Positions 56,185 through 64,000 of a stretch of DNA of 64,000 bases are shown in pieces. Numbering within the stretch: the first letter of the stretch is position 1; every line of letters starts with the position of its first letter. Source of the stretch: Octopus vulgaris. Lineage: Eukaryota. Both the position numbers and the translations under genes were made by a program. The stretch is from positions 41,788,001 to 41,852,000 of the forward strand of contig OX597820.1 of the NCBI GenBank assembly GCA_951406725.2, read 5' to 3'. The notes beneath the pieces were generated by a model. That model was not told the origin of the DNA. It saw only the letters and a list, made by a program, of their open reading frames with translations, and ran no database searches.

Positions 56185-57848
56185 ACGCACATACACACAC
56201 GCACGTGTGTGTATAAGTGCTTGTGTAAATGCGTGCATGAGTTTGTGTGTTATGCATTCGGATTTATTCGTTGCAATGCTATATGCTTGCTTATAATAAG
56301 GCTTTTAGAGTTTGAGTCATGATTAATTTTATGAATTCCTTGTGGATCTGTAATTACGACTTGGTCAGGGTTATATATAAGGGTCCCTGGCCTCATGCTA
56401 ATGCGTCAGTTAATGATTAATCCAGGCTTGTGTATTGAAGATTATTTTATAGTCAGCATGTGGTCGTACACACATAGATGCAGAGGGGAGCTCTATATTT
56501 CCAGTGTGTTTATTTCTCAACCATCACACACTAACTAAATGCGATTGTTTGTGCTCTGTGTGTTGGCTGTGTCTGTGTATATAGGGGCAGTGTGTGTGTG
56601 TGTGTAAACCAAGCAAAGGGGACAAAGGTTAGGGTTGGGTGGGGTTATATTTCAAATACAGCTCGTCCGAAGAAAAATACTACAATGTCGTCTTCCTCAT
56701 AGCGATTATCTGTTTAATGGTCAAACGAGGGGCCAGAAGTTCTTTCAAGCTGATGGATCCTATCGTATAAGATCAAAATCGGTGCATATTCGTCGAACAG
56801 TTCTCATAACTGGCAGAATCTACAAAAGATATGACAAACTATCTCACTTTAGAGGGAATAATATCCCCCGAATCTAAATGACTTATAAGCTTTAAAGTCC
56901 TTTTCCCCACCGCCAACTCAGCCGCCGCCAGTGCAGCCAGTGTCGCCACCACTACCACTACCCTCGGCACCTGCAATAACCACCACCGTCGTCACCCACC
57001 ATCACCGCCACCATCACCATCACTATTATTATTGCTATTGCTGTCATCACTAGATGTCAACCAATCATATGCCTTCTATCTCCTCCATTACTTTCTATCG
57101 CTACCATTACTTTCAATTTCTCTCGCCTTCTCACTGAAACCTTTCCACTCTAACCTTTCAATATCTCTAATATCAGCCCACCATCTCTACTCTCACTATT
57201 GCAATCATCACTCGCAATGTTTTTTTTTTCTTTTTGTTCCTTTTGTTTTTATTTGTTTATTTATTCATTTTCACTTTTCACTTTGGCATTTGCATTCGGT
57301 CGTAAATAATTACTGAAACCTGAAATCATTATAACTTTTGCACAGATCTTGCTACATTTATACTCACTTCATCAAAATATATTTCTCAAATAACTAACCG
57401 ATATATCCGCATTGCTCATCTATTACACCCATTAAAGCAGAGATTACGCTTACACATTAAATACTCAGCAGTAATGTTGAATCAGAACCACAACATATGC
57501 ACGCGCAATGCGACCATCCCATTAACAAAGTAGACACTCTGACATATATCGACGGTCGATGCGTTGGGGCACACGTGCCTACATTTACAGACAGAATCCC
57601 ATATGTGTGATCAGAATGACACTAAAATCAACACTTCTCTCTCTACGTCCTCTCGACAAGAACCAGAGACGCCGATATAAGAAACCAACAAAAATACATC
57701 TTCATTTCTATTATTATTTATTTCTTTTTTCATAACTGACCGCATTGGCTGCTTCAGATATTATTCCTTTTCTCTAGCATACTATCCCATTTTCCTCTCT
57801 TTCTCTCACAATTTCATTCTCTGTCTTACGCCCTCTCTATCTCTCTCA

Positions 57849-57884
<36 letters not shown>

Positions 57885-58339
57885 ATATCTTTCCATCAAC
57901 ATGTCACGTGATTTACAGCCGTATTTGGTGACGTCAAATGACCCGGAGCTGTTCCCACGTATTGACACAGGCATATATCATATGGTGAGGTCAGGACTTT
58001 AGGTCTACTTCTCGGAATCTTCTCTGGAGATTCTAAGAGAGAAAATGCGGTGAATATGTTGTCGAGGTGTGAGAGAATATAAATTTATGGCTAGAACTGT
58101 CTTAGGACACATGCATCCAGTTCTTTGCCTCCTATATTCTTATCAGTCATTTAACACTTCAAGACGAAGAAGCCCATTCGAAACAGACGTGAGTTTTCCT
58201 AATGGACTGACTAGGAACATAAAAAGTGTAAGATTTCATACAATAGAACAGTAAACGGGAAAAAATAGAAATTGGAACAGCGCGAGAAAGGAGAACACTG
58301 AAGGAAAGCAGGAGGACAGATAGTGAAAGGAGATGAAGA

Positions 58340-58378
<39 letters not shown>

Positions 58379-58456
58379 CGTGCAAGTGAATATAGATGTA
58401 GACACACATACATATATGTATGTTTGTGTATATATACGTATGTTTGTAGGTATGTA

Positions 58457-58558
<102 letters not shown>

Positions 58559-59302
58559 CATATATATATATATAAATATATATATGTATATATATATGTA
58601 TATATGTATATATATATATATGTATGTATATATATATATGATGCCTTTATATGCGCTCGTGTCTGTGTTTGTGCATCTGCGTGTGCAGTGCACATGTAAG
58701 TATATGGTTGTGTGAAGAAGCTAGATATTTATGTGGTAGAAAATGGCAAAAAAAGAAAAAGAAAAATGGATACGAAAAAATAGAAACAAGACGTGGAAGT
58801 GGAAATAAAAGAGAAATATAAATGGAGGGGGGATGACGACAAAATAAGTGTGTAACGCAATGTAAAATAACTGCAAAACCAAACAAGAATAAAATGACAA
58901 GTTAGGTACATAATACTCTGTGAGACCGGACCAAAAAAAAAAAAAAGATAAAGGAGTGAGAAATGTAGAAAAAAATAGAAGATAACAAGAAGAAAATTAT
59001 ATAAAAAATGACGTAAATAATATATATATGTATGCGTGTGTGTGTGTGTGTGTGAAGTAGAAGGTAAAGCAAATAAATGAAAGACGACTGAATGAGTACG
59101 TGAAGTAAATGAAAGAAAGAACTGATAAAGATATATCTAGTTCCACGCTTCTTCAGTCTTCTTGCTCGCCGTATGCACCCGAATATGTATACATATGTGT
59201 ATGTGTATGTTTGTGCGTGCGTGTGTGTGTATGTATATATATATAAACATATAAATATATATATATATGTATGTGTGTGTCTATGATATATGTATGTGTA
59301 TA

Positions 59303-59336
<34 letters not shown>

Positions 59337-59479
59337 CATGTATGTATGTATGGAACTCACATAAATATTATTACATACTCACAGAGATAAGCTCACGTAT
59401 ACATGTTATTTTCTAGTATGTGTATATGTTTATATGTGTATGTGTGCATGCATGTATATAATCCCAGTTAGACATAGGC

Positions 59480-59525
<46 letters not shown>

Positions 59526-59530
<5 letters not shown>

Positions 59531-59654
59531 CTCTTATTAAAAAAGAATTGACAGTGACTTGGAAGTTTCTGCTTGCTCAACTTCATCACACCGCCAGATG
59601 AAGGCGAGCCGACACTTGATACTCAATGTCAAACCTTTCCGTTCAAAAGTTAAT
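59526..59654. mobile_element. Degenerate ~60-bp inverted repeat with back-to-back hammerhead-like motifs (inverted Penelope-like pLTR relic)
   Basis: Left arm attaact...ttgacagtgacttggaagtttctgcttgctcaacttcatc pairs with right arm gatgaaggcgagccgacacttgatactcaatgtcaa...agttaat. It directly follows (TA)n. Confidence 0.45.
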
Positions 59655-59840
59655 ATCAATTATAAAAAATTCTGAGTAATCTTTTAGTTTAATGTTAATT
59701 TTTGGGTTGTTGTTTTTTGATGTATATAAATAAGTAGGCATAAATGCAAACATTAACATGTGTTTGCGCTTGAGTGTATGTTTGCGTATGATATAAACAT
59801 ATAGTCTCTAAGAGGAGCACATTTATATATATATATATAC

Positions 59841-59878
<38 letters not shown>

Positions 59879-59958
59879 ATATATATATATATGTATATAT
59901 ATGTGTGTGTGTATAAATATATATATATATATGAAAGATATTTATCATTGATACATAC

Positions 59959-60012
<54 letters not shown>

Positions 60013-60016
<4 letters not shown>

Positions 60017-60210
60017 CCGCCATGATTGACTGCTACCCGCTTAGTCTTTTATTTTATTTTCTCTCTGTTTGTTTTCTCGTATTCCTTTCTGTTGAAGAGC
60101 GTAGGCTCGAAACGTAAAATACTTTCTCACCTGCCAGAACGTTAAAGTAATACACCTGTTTGTTGTTTATGCACCTGTCTTCGATTTTTCTTTATTTGTA
60201 AATTCCAACT
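60013..60210 (+). mobile_element. ~200-bp non-autonomous element within (TA)n carrying a hammerhead-like motif (Penelope-like pLTR)
   Basis: (TA)n on both sides. 60089-60116 reads CTGTTGAA-GAGC-GTAG-GCTC-GAAAC-GTA, preceded by ttt and followed by aaa. Confidence 0.6.
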
Positions 60211-60238
60211 ATATATATATATATGGGTGGGGTGGGGG

Positions 60239-60289
<51 letters not shown>

Positions 60290-61010
60290 TTATATATTCT
60301 GTTATATACAGTTGTTAAAATATGGGTATGTGCAGTAAGAGACCAAGAAAGACGGTGAGATGGATAGGTTGATAGATAAGGATGTGGAAAGAGAGTAAGA
60401 TGTCACGTGCATGCGCGTGCGTCTACTTATAAAGTATATTTCTTACTGAGGCAATGGCTATAATGTATATAACACAAGAGCTCTGGCTAGTTTAATATCT
60501 TTTACATATATAGAGAAACGTAGTTTTCTATCTGTTTTTTGTGTTCATATTCCATAAGTTTAGAACCGTAGAACATATTTAGAAAAGAAGCTAAATAAGG
60601 AAAAATGTAAAAACTGGGAAGAAAAGTATAAAGGTAATGTAAATAAGTACATAAAAATACATACTTATTTATACGTAGATATATATGTGTGAGTGCATGT
60701 TTGTGTATTCAGACAAGAAACAGGATAATACAGTAGAGTACAGTAAAATAGGAAGAGTGTATGAATGTATTCCATTTCGCCGTGGAAACATTAAGGCGTA
60801 TGATTGTAGAGTTAGTTTTTGGTATTAAAGAATAGAGATGGTCATATATACATTCATCGAATGTGAAGGGAAATATTAAATATTTTTACTTTTTGTCCTT
60901 TATATATATACTTTTTTTTTAGAATTCTCCCGTTGGTTATGAATAACGTGAAACAGATAAAAAGGGTAAGACATAAATATAGAGTTTCATAGATATAATT
61001 GTGTACTTGA

Positions 61011-61081
<71 letters not shown>

Positions 61082-61244
61082 AATGTATAGGTTAGAGGAA
61101 GTGACAATGAATGAAATACACACACACACGCATATATATATATGATACAGTGAAGAATTAATTATATCTTAGTCTGCCTATGTCCAAGTCTAGCTTTCTC
61201 CCCCTCTTTTCCTCTGTCTTTCTTTATATGCATATATCTGTCTA

Positions 61245-61318
<74 letters not shown>

Positions 61319-61587
61319 GAAAAACTGTCTGAAAACAACGTATATATATATATATATATACACACACAAACACTCATACATACACACACACGTATGCATA
61401 TGTACTTATAATTATAAATGCAAGTATATATGTGCGCGTATGTAGACATGGACATGAAGAAGAGTACATGTGTGTGGACTAGAATTGGAACTACCCATTA
61501 TTGGTTGGTATGTTGGCATATTTCGTTGGAATTTCGTTACAATTCTGGACCACTCTGTATTTTTTATTGCCACATTTCGCTAGTTGT

Positions 61588-61640
61588 TACGGCCGCAGTC
61601 AAATTACTGAAACAAGTAAAAGATTAAAAGAATAATAGAA
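61588..61640 (+). mobile_element. SINE family A 3' tail fragment
   Basis: ggccgcagtcaaattactgaaacaagtaaaagattaaaagaata. Confidence 0.65.
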
Positions 61641-64000
61641 TAAAAATCGACAAAAGTAACCATGATCGTCCCGTATTGTCTTATGTTATTACATAGTCAC
61701 GAGCAAACATTGACTCGATCTCCGATTTTCCACTCGACCAATTTGTACACCGTTGATGTGATAAATGGGAGAGCGAGTGAGAGATGAACAAGCTTTTGGT
61801 GAATGGACCACTCGACCTAGAAATCGATCCACGAACTTTTCATTGTGAATCTAACACCCCTGCCTAGTGTTTAGCGTTTGGGGCTTGCAAAGATGTGAAT
61901 CAGAAAAATGAATAATGCAAACATACTGATTTTATGCTTGTTTTTGCAAGGTTATGTGACATGTATTACTAACGCAGTGAAACAGTGGCTGATTCTCAGA
62001 AAGAAGAGCAATGTTCAGCAAATGTGTAACGTTAATATACTATTAGTAAAAATACTTCAAACTCCAGTCAGGAATTTGCTGCAACTTCATCGTTTATAAG
62101 AATGTTTTTGACTGTGTGTGGTAAGGGGCAAAATGTTTTATTATGAGACAGAATAACATCAGCCTGCTAATAGCAATTCTTACAGACTTATGAGGACATG
62201 CAAGCACACTGCATTGGAAATTCACCAAGTTTTAAGTTTAGATGAAATATGTTCTTTCACCATGAGTTTTCATTTTTATTTCTAGATATCAATGACGAAA
62301 TATTTGTGCCTATCAAAGAAAATGTCAAAGTAGAAAACTAAGAAGACTATAAGCTCTCTTATGCGGAAGATTATTGCCTTAACAACACTAAAAAAAGAAC
62401 ATTGTTTATATGACAATGTTTATAAGAAAAGGGAGAATGTTTAAAATGCTGAAAACTGAAACTAAATCAAAATATATAATTGAAAACAAAAGGAAAATAC
62501 TCACACTTAATTGAAACAGATGGGAAGACGCTTAGATAAAATAATGACTTGAAATATCATAAGTGAATACAGATCTAATTTTGAGGTCATGGAAAAAAAA
62601 ATCTTTCAGTAGTACAGCATCTTTAGCAAAGTTACTGTTTTGAAAAATAAAACATTTATAATGACAACAAATAATTCGTTTATTCAAGTGCAATGATAAT
62701 TTCTACCGCTTTTTATGGTACGAATCATCGAGGTGAAGTGTTGAAAATGAGAAAAATTATGGTATTTGAAAAGAAATGTTGCATTCAATATACAGAAAAT
62801 CAAACTGGAATCATGAAACCGTAGTCTCAATTATAAAACAGCCTAGTCTATTGAAGTTGTAATGGGATTTTAAAAAATACCACTGGTCTGGTATTTTGCA
62901 ACATTGAAAAAATTAGGAGAAAGATGGAGGAATATGAAAGGATGATGAAGGGGACACATGGTTGGAGAAGGTGGCATCTCATGCTGGAAACCTCTTCCCC
63001 TTTCAAAGCGAGTTTTGTGAGCAGATTTTCCGATGGCTATCACTATATGATGCCTTGTGGAGAAAGTTGTTATCAACTAACCAATGTGTTCTTAGCAAGT
63101 AATTAGGAAAATGTGGATTTGTTTCGGAAACAAATACACGATCTCTTAGTTAGCTGCAGATATCTAACACCGAATAGCTGACGATTTGAAAGATTTTATA
63201 TTTCAATTTCTTCGAATCAAACAAAGAAACAAATATTGTGGCATTTTATTTCATATAAGAAAGCCTTTATCTGCTTGTAAAATACAGAGCAACATGTAGC
63301 TTTGGAAAACAAATCATATGTGGCATATATGGCATATTTTGCCGGCGCGTAGAATAATTTAATAATTCTAAAAATGCACTGCTAGAACGAATATTTAGAG
63401 AGGTCCCTGTTAGAGGTCACTGTTAAGTGTCACTATAACATTACGATTTGAAAGAAAATTAGGGCCGAATAGTCTAACCTTCCCGTTTTCCTGATTATAT
63501 TCAGCTTACGACAAAGGTTAATCAAGTCTTCATTAAAATCTGTGGCTAAATCAAAGAATAAACAGTCAACTCCGGATCTTGAGAATATATTACTCTTGGC
63601 TTGTTAATATTATTCACGAAGTGTCAAGTAGATTTTTGCCAGGGAAGTACACTGAAAGCTACTGTGGAAAATGGTTCTGCATTTCTAAATAGTTTATTGT
63701 GCTTCTGCGTATAATTTCGTCAAAGATTTGATGTAAGAGATATGGGCTTCTAGTTGCTTACTTTTCATCTAAGGACAATGTTATGAATCAGTATAATATA
63801 ATCAATTCTTTCAGATTTATCAGGACTTTTTAAAATAATTTCTTTCAGTGGAATGATTTCTGATTTCGTCTGAAAGTCACACGTTTCGTAGGAAAGATAC
63901 TTATATGGTGCTTGCAAATGCTCACTATGCAAAATTTACACAATGCGCGTAAACCTCTGTATACACATGCAGATATATACAAACAGGTACCAAGACAACC

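Overview
AT-rich, microsatellite-saturated eukaryotic DNA. The SINE families and repeat landscape resemble a coleoid cephalopod, most likely Octopus (inferred from recalled repeat families, no search run). I see no confident host protein-coding gene; almost all listed ORFs are translations of (TA)n, (CA)n, (TATG)n, (ATCT)n or trinucleotide repeats. The window looks like a long intron or intergenic region. It holds at least three tRNA-headed SINE families and decayed LINE 3' fragments of four types (RTE, CR1/L2-like, Tx1/L1-like, R4/Dong-like REL). It also holds a mariner relic, two maT (DD37D) relics and a Helentron-associated (HINE/pearl-like) element. The most interesting signals are: (i) five dispersed minimal type-I hammerhead-ribozyme-like motifs of the kind found in Penelope-like element pLTRs, two in a shared ~200-bp element family and two next to (TA)n; (ii) several fold-back palindromes or inverted duplications, including a perfect 114-bp one, which are potential dsRNA/ADAR substrates; (iii) a cluster of young short direct duplications at 51-55 kb. 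All family assignments come from manual translation and motif recognition.
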